This document shows, one piece after another, positions 25,681 through 37,420 of a stretch of DNA of 64,000 bases. The notes below the pieces were generated by a model that saw only the letters and a program-made list of their open reading frames with translations, had not been told where the DNA came from and made no database searches. The DNA is from Epiperipatus broadwayi (lineage: Eukaryota; Animalia; Onychophora). The stretch is taken from assembly GCA_028023455.1 (NCBI GenBank), contig JAQFVV010000010.1, forward strand, positions 4,154,001 to 4,218,000, in the 5' to 3' direction. A program made the position numbers and the translations under genes. How positions within the stretch are numbered: position 1 is the stretch's first letter; each line of letters starts with the position of its first letter.

Positions 25681-28600
25681 AATGGCGCAATTATCTGCTT
25701 GAGGGTGCAAGGGAATTTGATCAAAGAAAAAAATGGCATTACCCAGTTAAAGTTTAAAAGAGTTTGATATTTGTAATCCCTCATATGGAACATTTATGAA
25801 TATATAAATCACTATATGAGTCTACTGAAGATAGATGATGATAGGGTGAAAGGTTTCACATTGTTATTTTTATTGGAGTGGAGGTATTATTAATAGAAAA
25901 ACAATAGTGCAATTCAAGAATTTTAGGTGATGTATTCTGAACTACTGTAAAATCAAATACTTATTTTCAATCAGCAGGAATAAAGAGAGTGGCACGTTTA
26001 CGATTTTGAATGCAGAACCAACTACCTTGAGAGAATTATTAGGATTATAATCTAGTTTTAAGAAGTGTGGCAAAACATTGTGAATTCACATCAATTTCTC
26101 TATGATATGTGGGACTATCATTTTCAGAAAATCTTGCTGAACAAAACTGATTTAATGTTTAAAGCATTCATCGGAAAGTGTATAGCTCACTATATTCTGT
26201 TGAAAAAAGCTTACAGAGTTTAAAACAGCCTTTGAAGGGGAAAGAAATTTGGCAACTGTCAATAAGACTAGTGTATAAGTTGCTTAAGAATCTGCAAGTA
26301 ATAGGTCCACATGTTATGGTAGGATTGGTCACATCAAGAAGTTATGTCGATTTAAAAATGAAAAATGTATGATATGTGGTATTAAAAGTCATTTAGCTCA
26401 GGTGTGTAAATAAAAGCAAGATAATGTGAAAAATAAGCCATGCCTGAACTTTAAATTGGGGGGGGGGGATTTGATAGGGTAGGGTTAAAGACATCAAAAA
26501 ACTTTACTAATGACCAAATTACATTACAGGTTGCTGTTCATGGATTTAAAGTTACGATGGACGTCGACATTGGAACTGGATTATTCATTATGTCATTAAA
26601 AGAGTGGAAAAGAGTTAGATCTGAATCTAAGAAGACAAATGTAGTGGCCACAGATGTAAATGGTAATAAAATACATATCTGTGTAAAAGTTTCTATTGCA
26701 ATGGTTGTAAATATTTAAAAATAAATAAAGTAAAAATGGAAATGGAAGTTAAAAATAAATTTCCTAAATTATTTAAACAGGAAGTAGCTGAGTTACGAGT
26801 ATGTCCTGTTAATATTGAACTGTCAAGAGAAGCACAGCCAATGGTGCTAAAACCACACAAAGTACGCTATGCACTTAAGACAAAAGTGGAAGAAACAATT
26901 GAAGAGATAGTGAAGAAAGGAGTGTTGGCACCAGTCAAAGATTCGATGTGGGTAATCTTGTTGTTTTAGTAAAACCAGATGGAACGATTCGTTTCTGTGG
27001 AGATTACTGGGTCATGGTTAACAAATTGATTAATAAAGGTGTGTATCCTTTTCTAAATGTGCGTGATGTGTTTGGCATTGTTACAGAAAACCTAGGTCTT
27101 AGCAAAAATTGATTTGAAATCAGCGTGTCATCAAATCCCAGTTACCAAGAGTACAACTGAGATGTTGACACTGAGTACTCATAATGATGCAACCAATTAC
27201 CTTATGGAACCATGGTGACTTTGAATATCTTCCAAGCTAAAATGGATTGAGGGAGTTATTCCATACTTGGATGATATTTTGGTTACAGCCCAGTCTGAAG
27301 AAGAACTGAAAAAACAGGTTATGGAATATGCTCTAAGTTAAATATTATAGGAACGAGATTGATGCTGCCAAATGTATTTGGGTATCCTCACAAATAACTT
27401 CTTTAGGGCATGTAATAAATAAGGATGGAAAATACCTGAATCTGGAAAAAGTAGTGAAAGAAGCGGTTTACTATCAGGAATGTAAAAGAATTAAATTATT
27501 TTGTGATTGCTTAACTTCTATGAAAGCTTTTTTATAGGGAAATTGCATAATTTAAAATCGTTGTATTATTTATTGCGGAAGGGCCAACAGAAGTAGAATG
27601 ATGAGCATGTAACAGACAAGAACAAAAGAATTACTGATGTCACACCAACTTTTAGTACCTTATTGTAGCGACCTGGAAGTTACTATTACTACTGACACAT
27701 CTGAATATGGAGTTGGGGCTGTTATCACACATTGTTGTCCTGGTAGAAAGCGTCTAATTGCCTAAACATTTAGCATTATCATCAGGTGCGAAAAACTATA
27801 GTCAGCTGGATAAGGAAGTTTTGACAATAATATTCATGGTAAAGATTTATATTCTTTACTGACCATCACCTATTGCTAGGAATTTTCGGGAAAGCTAAAA
27901 AGATATCTGATTGCACGAGCCAAAGGATGGATAAACTTATTAGCAGCTTATGACTGAACTGATCTATAAACCAGTCAAGAAGACTGTGCATGCCTGTTAG
28001 AGAAGGTATTAAAACAGGAAGAAGTAAATTTGCTAGATGACTTTAAAGTGATAAAATCATGAAGTGGATTTCTAATGATCCTGAGTATGGTATGCTGATT
28101 AGTGGATTTGAGAAAGATGGCCAGATAAATGTCCCTAGTTTTGTAGCTGTTGCAATTTGGAATGCACATCATAATATGTTAGTGTGTAATGGATGTATCT
28201 TAAATATTGACAGAGTGTTGATATCTATAAAAGGCTGTACACCAGTAATTAACTTACAACATCGGTGACATCCTGTAGTGATAAAGTGGAAGGCTATGGC
28301 TTATCCCTACATATGGGGGCCTAGAATAAATAATGAAATAGAGCAAAAAGTAAAGAAGTGCTCTGATTTTAAATCTACTGTGCATCTTGTAAAGAAAGTA
28401 TTCAAGCCATGCTTAGAAGCAAAGAAGCCAAGAGAATATGTTCTCATGGATTATACTGTAACAAGAAATGGAAAACATTATGCTAGTTATGGATGATTAT
28501 TCAAATTGAGCCAAGTCTAAACTAGTAAAATCTGTGAACACAAAGAATACCATAAAGACATTACAACCAAGTGCTCTGAAAAGTAAATCATCTGCTGAAT

Positions 28601-29102
28601 TACTTTGGGAAGAAAATGTTATATACATTTATTAAAACTTTTGACAACACATAGACTGGAGAGAAGGAATTCACGTCATGAAATAAATAAATGTAATTTA
28701 AGAAAATTTGTTATAGATGATGCTGTTTGGATTCAAAATATTGTAAAAAGACATGAACTTTATGTATCATTGTTGAAATTGTATCTAAAGGTATACATGT
28801 TGAATGGAGGGGGTGTAAGAAAGTACATTAATTCTTTGCACAAGAGATTTCGTGATATGCCAATAATAGTTGTTATTAGTCCTATTATGGCTAATCCTAA
28901 ATTAGAAAATTTAAAAAAGGATTTAAATGAGGTTATAGTCCCTCACACCCAAGATGAAACTTGGCCTATTGAACTAGTGGAGAAGGCCAAGAGAATGCTG
29001 ATGAGTTGTCTGGTTAAGCAGTTATCAGAAAAGGCAGATCAAAATAATTTCATTATAAGAAATTGGACAAATTCAGGGATTATTTTCTAAAATGAGGGGA
29101 GG

Positions 29103-30555
29103 TGCACTGATTAGCACTGATATTATTGTAAATAAAGTATTAGTTTCATCCCAGAAATAATTCATTCTACAAACATGTAATTAAAAGTATGAACAATTAT
29201 TATGCAAACGAGATATAAAAAGAACTCTCTTTCAAAATTTTACGAGAGTTCGCCCAGCAGTGGCCATCGAGAGGAACAAAGTACTGTTGAAAGTTAATGA
29301 TTTTTCTCATAAATGGAAAAAAAGACTGAATGAAGTTGTTGTGTTAATGTACTATTGACAATGGGAACCAAGTGCCCATTATTAATGAATTGTGTATAAT
29401 AGTAGCAAGTGAAGAAATGTAGTAAGCTCACTTTGCTTGTAATTATCCCAAAACCCTTGGATGTGTTCATCTATTCACAGTTTTTTTAATAAACCCTAGT
29501 GAGAATTTTTACAAGGTTTATATGAAATGTGCCTACATTTTATTATAATATAAAATTTTAGTTAAAAAAGTTAAGAGATGGCAAGAAAATTGAAAATTTT
29601 GCAAACATAACAGGGATTTAACTCCGTCTTCTAATCTAATCGCCTTGAGAAATGGTACTTTTGTAGTCTGTTTTTTTTAGCGTCACCATTATTACATTGT
29701 TTAGAGAAAATAGTTTATTTGCAATTTTATTACCATTCTAGGTACTTTTTATATAATAATTTATACAATATTCATTATAAATCAGTAAAATAAATTATTA
29801 ATAATTTATTTTGGACAGAAATACTTTATTTTCAAAAATAGAATGTTACATTACCATACAATGCAAATATACTGTGAAGCCAATTACAAGTTTAGCTTCC
29901 TACATAATCAGTCTAATTATAATGAGTATGAAAATATCGTAATTTTGTAATAAATATTGAAAAAAAATTAAACTTTTAAAGCATAATTCGTTAGACATAA
30001 GAGAAATAAATAAATATTCATTCAGATGTTTTAAAAAAATGACAAATAATGAAGATTTTGTTGATTTTAAAAAATCAAAATAATCTTTTTAGAAATGATA
30101 TAAGCTTTTGTTTTAATTACGATCTCATTTTTTAAAAATATTTTCAAGAACAGAATGTGAATATTTAGAATTTATATCAGTAGTAAACAAAAATTTCTAT
30201 CAAATGAAGTCAAATTTATTATTTTTTGATAAGTGATAATGATTTAATTTTAAACTTAATTTTGAATGTTTACAGTAACTGAGAACGAAGGAAATCGACA
30301 ACTTGCGAGAGGATTATAATGACTGTGAATAATACTAGCAAATGAAGAAATGTAGGCTCACTTTTTGTAGTTATCCCAAATTATTACGTGGGGGGTGGGG
30401 AATAGTTATTTTTATTAATATTATAATTTTCATATATATATATTACTGCTTGCAATTCCGCTTAAGAATAAATTTGCTGAAATATTAGAGTTGTTTATTT
30501 TATTTTAATGTTATGCTATCACAACTGGGTAGAGACACCCCCACCCCCCCGTGAA
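29103..30555 (+). repeat. 3' LTR in two pieces (29103-~29450 and ~30325-30555)
   Basis: Follows the PPT. Both pieces align to the 5' LTR, overlap each other by ~60 nt and are separated by ~870 nt of unrelated AT-rich DNA. Confidence 0.75.
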
Positions 30556-33500
30556 TATAGCAGCAGGCTTCATGGAAACTTGAAATAAAATTATTTTATT
30601 GCATAGATTAAAAAAACAACAATCCTCTAATAATTATAATACTAAAAGTCTTTATTATTTCTCTATAATTAATTTGTGATAAAAAATTGTGTCTTAATGA
30701 TCATGATTTGATTAATAATAAATAAACTAGGATAATGTGTGTGACTGACTAGAATCAGTAACTGTAAATTTAAACTGAAATTGGTCAAGTCATCAAAAAT
30801 TATTATATTTGGATTATTTAGTCTTTTAATAAAAAAAAAAAAACAATTAAAACATACAAATTAATCTATCACACTAATTAATAATGATAATATATGTTTC
30901 AATAAATAAATGGCTGATAATATATTTATATAAATGTTTATTGTTAATCTTGACCATAATTATGAACAATTTTTATTTTCCAAAATAGAAGCATTTTTAT
31001 TGAGAGAAGAACTTATTTTTTTAAGTGATTTGATTTTTTTTTTTTAATATGCAACTATTCTTTTAATCAATATCATTTTTAAATATATTCTTTAGTTGGA
31101 AAGCTGATTGGCTTTCTAATTGAAGATGTTGAACAGTTCTACATTTATATTTATGTGAGAAAATAAAAGTATATTAGAGTTTTGAAGCATTGCCCTTTTA
31201 TAAAATTAAAAAACCAATTCATGGATAATATCATAAGTTTTACAGTTTCTTGCAGAATACTTATCATTTGACAATGATGAAATAAATAAAAATATGAATA
31301 TTTAAGAAACACTATATTAAAAAAAAGTAATGCCTATCAGTAAATGAACAATCTTTTAAAACAGTGTTGGTTTTTTAAAATTAAAAAAAAAGTAAATAAT
31401 TAATAATAATATTTTACAATTATCCTGCTTTTCTTCTTGGACTTTTATTTCTTTCTGTTTCAAGTGAATTTTAAGTTGTCACTAGTGATTTGCTTAATCT
31501 TTTATATAGATTAAATAGATTTAATGAAGGCTACAAGTTAATCTGAAATAATTAAAAGGAAATAAATTTTTTCAAAAAGTGGAAAAAAGTATAGTAGTAT
31601 TATTAATTTTAACTGAGCAATAAAAAGATAATGTAAACATTAAAAAATATATTTTAGTTATAAATATATTATTTGTAAAAAAAGTTGGAAGAAAAAGTGA
31701 CTATGGCTTTATATTTTTTATTCTGAAATTATATAATGAATAAACTCATTTTAGGTAAGTATAGATTTTGTTCTGTTACTTTTATAAATTATTTTTTGTG
31801 TGTTGTGAGTAATTAGGAGCATTTCATTTCAGAGGTAAGAATTTATTATTTTCTCTTTTTATGTGTGTATATTTGAAATTTATATGCATACAAGTCTTGT
31901 ATAATAGAGAAATCTGTTACAGTGTTGTTTTTTGTTTTTTTTCTGGTTGTCATATCTAAGTATTTCTTTTATCAGGTAAGAAAGTTTAATTAAAGAATAA
32001 CTTGTGAATTCTTGATATTTTCATTCACATTATTTAATCATTATATGAAATTTGCAGGATTATTATGTTTTCATAATTATAAAATTGCTTTTTTTTTGTC
32101 TTCATTAGTTTTAAAATTGGATTCAGAAATACAAAAATTAATGATAAAAACACAAAAGATTCATTAATTAAGAGAAAATTATGTTCCAGAATTTATTATC
32201 AAAGAGTTTACATAGGTCAAAAAATGAGTACATAAATAAATACATATTGGAACTACGGGCACATTTTACATATGCATATATTTATTCAAATATATATATA
32301 TTATTATGCCCCTCTCTCTTTCATTATTGTGTAACCAACAAAATCAACAATGACCTTTGTAATAAAGCCAAATGAAAAAATAATTAAAAAAAAAAAAGTA
32401 TCAAAGTGAAATAGTTGAAAGGACACAAATATGATGCTTATTTTCAATAATTGTTAATGAAGGGGAAAAAAATAGTGGAAAGGTGTGGCATTGTTATATC
32501 AAAGAAGTAATTCTTGTGCAAATACAGCTATACAGTTTTTTTAAAAAAAATATTATAACCTTGTCTTGTTTTTTTTTTTTGCATTTTACAGAAATGACAT
32601 TTATCTTTCATTGTCAGCCTTATGTAAGCCCTAGCATAGTCATTGGACAATAAGGCTATATATGAAGATGGAAGACATTGTTTTATAATGCAAAGAAAAT
32701 ATTCTAATAGAAATTATGATTACCTACTTTGATATATATATATATCACATTATTTCCAAACGTTGAAACAACCTCACACAGCTTATTATTGAGATAGGTA
32801 AAATATGTAATTTCTTAACTAGATTCAGATTTGTATAGCTGAACTAGTACATGGCTTTAGTTAAAAATCTTACAAAGGTGTTGACATTTTATTTCTAGCT
32901 TAAACAGCTTAATAAAAGCAAAAAGACATCTTTATTTTGATATACTATTCCTTTGTTAAGTAAATCTCTTGTGCATATATAAAGTTGGGCAGGGAGCTGA
33001 TATTACTTTTCTGGTCACCTGATGAGATTTTTATCTTGGGATGAAACAGTATACAGTGATGAAAATGATAGTTGTATTTTTCAGTGCATTGACGTGAGTG
33101 GGTATTTAGTTATTTATACTTCTGTGGTTTGAGTATCCAACTTTGTTACATATATGTCTTTGTCTATATATATGTATGTACAGTAATATTTATAACATAA
33201 TAAACTCGAAATGCATATACTATTGAGATTTTTTTAGAATTGTTTTAACAGTCATCCAAATAAGAATCCCATATCAAATGCTAATCCACTAATCAGACAT
33301 AAAGCAATCCACTTTCAGTTAACTGCCATGCTATAGCAAACATCTTTGTAAAGTTTTAATCAAATCACTTCATTGATTTAAATAATGATTAAAATGTCAA
33401 TTCTAATAACCCTACAAAAAAAAAAAAAAACGCTGTTAATATATAATACTAAGTATATATGTTTATGAATTAATAAACTCTAAAAGCAGACATCATAAAT

Positions 33501-34707
33501 ATGCTAATGTTATAGTATATTTTAACTTTATACTTTGTAAAATAAACTTTATGCCTTCATAACAAAAAAGTTTATTATAATATTGAAATATATATTTTTA
33601 ATATTTTTGTTTGTGTGCACATCAGTGGTCAATTATTACTTTTGAAAGTGCAATATATATCTACCAATAAAAATATACAATATTTTATTACAAAAATGAA
33701 GGTATTCTAATATCATATTATTTGTGATTATTTTAATTTAAAAATAATAATAATAGTTCATCGGTCAGATCACCGGATGTATGTTCAAGCATTCAGAAGT
33801 GACAGGTTGAACTTAGTTCAAGGGACATTCTACTGTTTATTAAACCATATATGATATTGTAATAATAAACATTACCTTAAATGTTAATAAAGGGTTATTT
33901 AAATTCTTGTCTACTTTTAAAATAAATTCAAATAATTATTAAAACTTATATAAAAAAAAGAAGTATTACAAATATATAAATGAAATTTATAAATTCCACA
34001 TTGCATTGAGCAAGATGTTTTAGGCAATGCAATCTATTTCTTCATTTGTACATTGAGAATAAGTTCATTATTATATTTGCATATTCCGTTGTTTATTAAG
34101 ACAACAAATAGCAATTAGAATCACCAGTTAGACTAATTTTTTTTTAAATCAAACATAGTATATATTATTTATATGTTATAAGCAATGTATGTGAAAGAGA
34201 GTTTTTTTAATACTAATACTCCATACAGTTCACAATTTAACAATTCTGGAAGTTTTTCCTATGCATTAAAATTCCAGAGTATTGACTCAACATTAGAAAA
34301 CCGCAAAGAAATTTATGTTTATATTTTATTTGCAAAGGTATCTGATCGTTTGTGAAATTACCCTGGAATCTTTGGCTCAGTAAACTAATATACAGTCTCA
34401 AAGCAGCAGCCTAGAGTTAATGTAACCATTTATTTTGATAGAAATAAAATTTTTAAAAAAAATCTTTCAATATTGTTTCAAATCTAATGTTAGCAATAAG
34501 ATAAATTTATGTTTATGTCAGTATTTATATATTTAGAATGAAAAAAATTGAAACCTTTTATGTGAATTTGTATGTGCATAAGCATGTATAACATAAAGAC
34601 TAAAATTAAAAGAATTGCACATTTCTAATATGAATTGAATACAATTGTTTTAAACTAATTAATTTCTTTTTTAAAAAAGAAAGATTAAAAATAAAGAAAT
34701 TAATTAT

Positions 34708-34899
34708 TAGTTGCATTTTTATATTGGACTGTTTTCATCTAATATATATAGAATGTGTTTAGAAAAATTTAACTTTATTTAAATATTCCAAATACATTCA
34801 ACTGTTAGTAATAGCACATCGAACAGATTAATATATGCACTATTACTAACAGTTGAATGTATTAGATGATGGAAATAGTCCAATATAAAAATACAACTA
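34708..34899. repeat. Short fold-back element (family F3), related to the arms of the 58.2-kb PLE remnant
   Basis: tagttgcatttttatattggac...acattcaactgttagtaatagc is inverted against cactattactaacagttgaatgt...gtccaatataaaaatacaacta. The same sequence occurs at 58160-58293 and 58884-58946. Confidence 0.8.
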
Positions 34900-35196
34900 G
34901 AATACCATCATCACAAACTTTAAGGAAAACACAAATTAATTAATGCTCTTAATACTAAACAAGGGAAAACATCCATAGATTAAATTAGTAGAAAGATAAT
35001 ATATGGCTGGATAATCTAGATAGATGCAATGCCAATAATCCAGTTTCTTGGCTCCTGAGCAATTCTGAATTAGTGGTTTTTTCACATTAAGAATAATTTG
35101 ACAATTCATTTCTAATCTTTTCATACTTATAAACCACTGTGTTGTTATTAATTTAAAATAAATATTAAAAATAATATATATTGTACATACCTTACA

Positions 35197-35495
35197 TTAA
35201 AACAGGCAAAACTCTCTATATGTATTGCCACTCAATGCAAGCCAGAGTAATCAATGGATGCCGAAGGCTTGTGCATAAAATCCCCATCTAGTGCGTTCTC
35301 ATCCAATATCCCCAGACTAGTTTCTGGCTTGTGGCCTTCGTCAGTGAGAGGAGTCTTGGATCTGAGAGCACTGCACAAGCCTTCTGGCATCCATTGATTA
35401 CTCTGGCTTGCACTGAGTGGCAATACGTATAGAGAGTTTGCTGTTTTAATAACAGTTATAAGCAAGCATAAGAAATGGTGATCATGTGATGTTTA
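35197..35495 (-). mobile_element. Fold-back element (family F1), copy 1, with a hammerhead at the apex
   Basis: Arms 35197-35275 and 35372-35449 differ at about 5 positions in ~79 nt. The right flank to ~35495 is homologous to the 40.6-kb copy. Confidence 0.88.
35301..35361 (-). ncRNA. Type I minimal hammerhead ribozyme motif
   Basis: Minus strand atccaa-gactc-ctctca-CTGACGA-a-ggc-cacaa-gcc-a-GAAA-c-ta-GTC-tgggg-ata-ttggat. It has an intact core, a palindromic ACTAGT stem III, a GUC triplet and a stem I with an internal loop. Confidence 0.8.
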
Positions 35496-36153
35496 TATAC
35501 TTTACTTATATTTATACTTTTATATAGTAATTAAAATATAATACAGATCAGTAGATTTGATCACTTTAAGTAGAAATATATTTTAATAACTATTATCTTC
35601 ATGTTGTCAACTGATTTCATCTCCAGCCAACTGTTTTTCATTTTACTGGCTTACTTGATAAAAGTCTGTTTTTTTAGCAAAAAATAAAAATTGACAAAAA
35701 ATGTGATGCATATATTAATTTATTTTTTCTACAGTTATTCAGTTACATTCTTTATACTTTGTTTCAAGTTTCTTAGTCAATAGTGTAAATTAATTGATAG
35801 TAGATCACACTTTTTTAAAAAATATTTCATACTTATTGTCCTATACATATAGAGTATTTTTTAACATAGATAAATTTACAGCTTAGATATTGTTTTACTT
35901 TAAATTAAATTGCCAATAAAAATTAAAAAAAAAAAAAGAATAATGCAGTTATGAAAAAGACAATGAAATAATAAATCAAAAGCATATTTATTTATTTATA
36001 TGAAAATTAGTATATGAATGTGTTCATATTTTCTTAAGAAAATATATAAAATAGAATTTTTTTTTTTTTATGTTAAATTATTTTTTATTTTAACATTTAA
36101 AGGAGATATAATTTTTATTAGTCATTCATTAGAGTTGAGATTATCCAATAATG

Positions 36154-36750
36154 AATAATATTTCTGTAGTGTAAATTTCATTACACCACTCTCATGCAAG
36201 TGGGACTGGTTTCTATTCACTTTTTAATACTTTGTGGAGGAATGTAATTAATTGGAGACGTGACCAAATACATGTGCTGAAAACACTATTCATTGACCAT
36301 GACCACAATCTTTTGCACATATCTTTATCATTGTTTAGTGTATATATAGATAGCAAATTACTACAGTTTAATTGACAAATGTCAAGTATGCTGCCATCGC
36401 AACTTTGTCACAAATGACTTCATTACACCACTCTCACACAAGATAGGGACTGGTTTTTATTCAGTTTTAACACCTTGTAGAGGGATATAATTGGAAATAT
36501 ATGACCAAAGATATGAAAAAAATTTAAGATACCCAAATTATACATTTCATGTTGAACCAGCACTCATTAGTTGGTCCAGATCACGATCACGTACACATAT
36601 CTTTATCATTGTTCAGTATATATATAGATAGCAAATTTTTCATATCTTTTAGTCATATGTTTTCAATTACATCTGTCCACAGCAGATAGAAACCTGTCTC
36701 TACCTTGCGTGAGAGTGGTGTAATGAGATTTACATTACAGAAATATTATT
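36154..36750. repeat. Direct-direct-inverted repeat element (family F2) with a decayed hammerhead-like motif at 36535-36580 (-)
   Basis: Units beginning tcattacaccactctca at ~36178 and ~36419, with an inverted copy at 36628-36750. The minus strand reads ggaccaa-CTAATGA-gtgctg-gtt-caacat-GAAA-tGTA. Confidence 0.72.
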
Positions 36751-37356
36751 TAAAGGCAGAGTTTTACAATTTTTTTTTAAGTTTAGCATAATGAGGGGGG
36801 GGGGTAATTATTATGATTTAGATTGCTGTAACAAAATTAGTATGTTAAAGTATGAAGCTTGTGCAAGACTTAATTCAAGTTAAAATATTGACTAATTGTC
36901 TATCAGAAAATAATATATATAAATGTAAAATATACTATTTTCTAATTAATTTATGAATTTTAATGTTTGTTATTCTATTATTTACTTGGGGGGGGGGGGG
37001 TAGTGTTTAAGTAGCAGTTAAGCAGTTTTATTCATTGTATTGTATTTTCGTATCCAAATAATAAATTCTGGTGGTCAATAAAATTTAAAAATCTATCTCT
37101 TAAATTTTATCAAGATAATAGAAATTGTTGAATGATATTCTTCCTATATTAAATCAACAACCATTTTTATTGGTTTGATATTATATTTTAATACATCATT
37201 TATTGTATATAATATTTAACAAAGATAAAATAAAAAATGAGATGAAAAATTAAATCTTAAAAAAAAAATTAATTAAAATTTTGTATTAAACAAACTTTAC
37301 AGATTGTTTAATGAAACACACACAAAAAAAATCAAGAATAATGAGTTTTCATATAT

Positions 37357-37420
37357 TAGATAGAGTCAGTGACTGAAGGGAGCTTGAAAATCTGTGTTCA
37401 AATCTCCTTTAATTACATAT
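37357..37420 (+). repeat. tRNA-derived SINE-like fragment, same sequence as the ends of the 47.6-kb fold-back
   Basis: tagatagagtcagtgactgaagggagcttgaaaatctgtgttcaaatctcctttaattacat matches 48328-48390 and contains a B-box-like gttcaaatc. Confidence 0.6.

Larger units (their letters stand above)
25059..30555 (+). mobile_element. Old, near full-length Ty3/gypsy LTR retrotransposon
   Basis: 5' LTR TG..AACA, then PBS-like tggcg (25683). Protease MDVDIGTG; RT KPDG.IRFCGDY and YLDDILV (~27264); RNase H TTDTSEYGVGAV; integrase Zn-finger region IWGPRINNEIEQKVKKC; PPT aaaatgaggggagg (29089-29102); 3' LTR from 29103. Confidence 0.93.

Noticed and set aside
33019-33050. CTGATGAG...GAAAC, resembling a hammerhead
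   Set aside because: Stem II cannot close directly onto GAAA, and stem I pairing is out of register by 4 nt. There is no PLE or fold-back context.
35197-35449. piggyBac-type MITE, because TTAA bounds the arms
   Set aside because: Homology with the 40-kb copy continues beyond these TTAAs, so they are internal. There are no CCC/GGG piggyBac ends.
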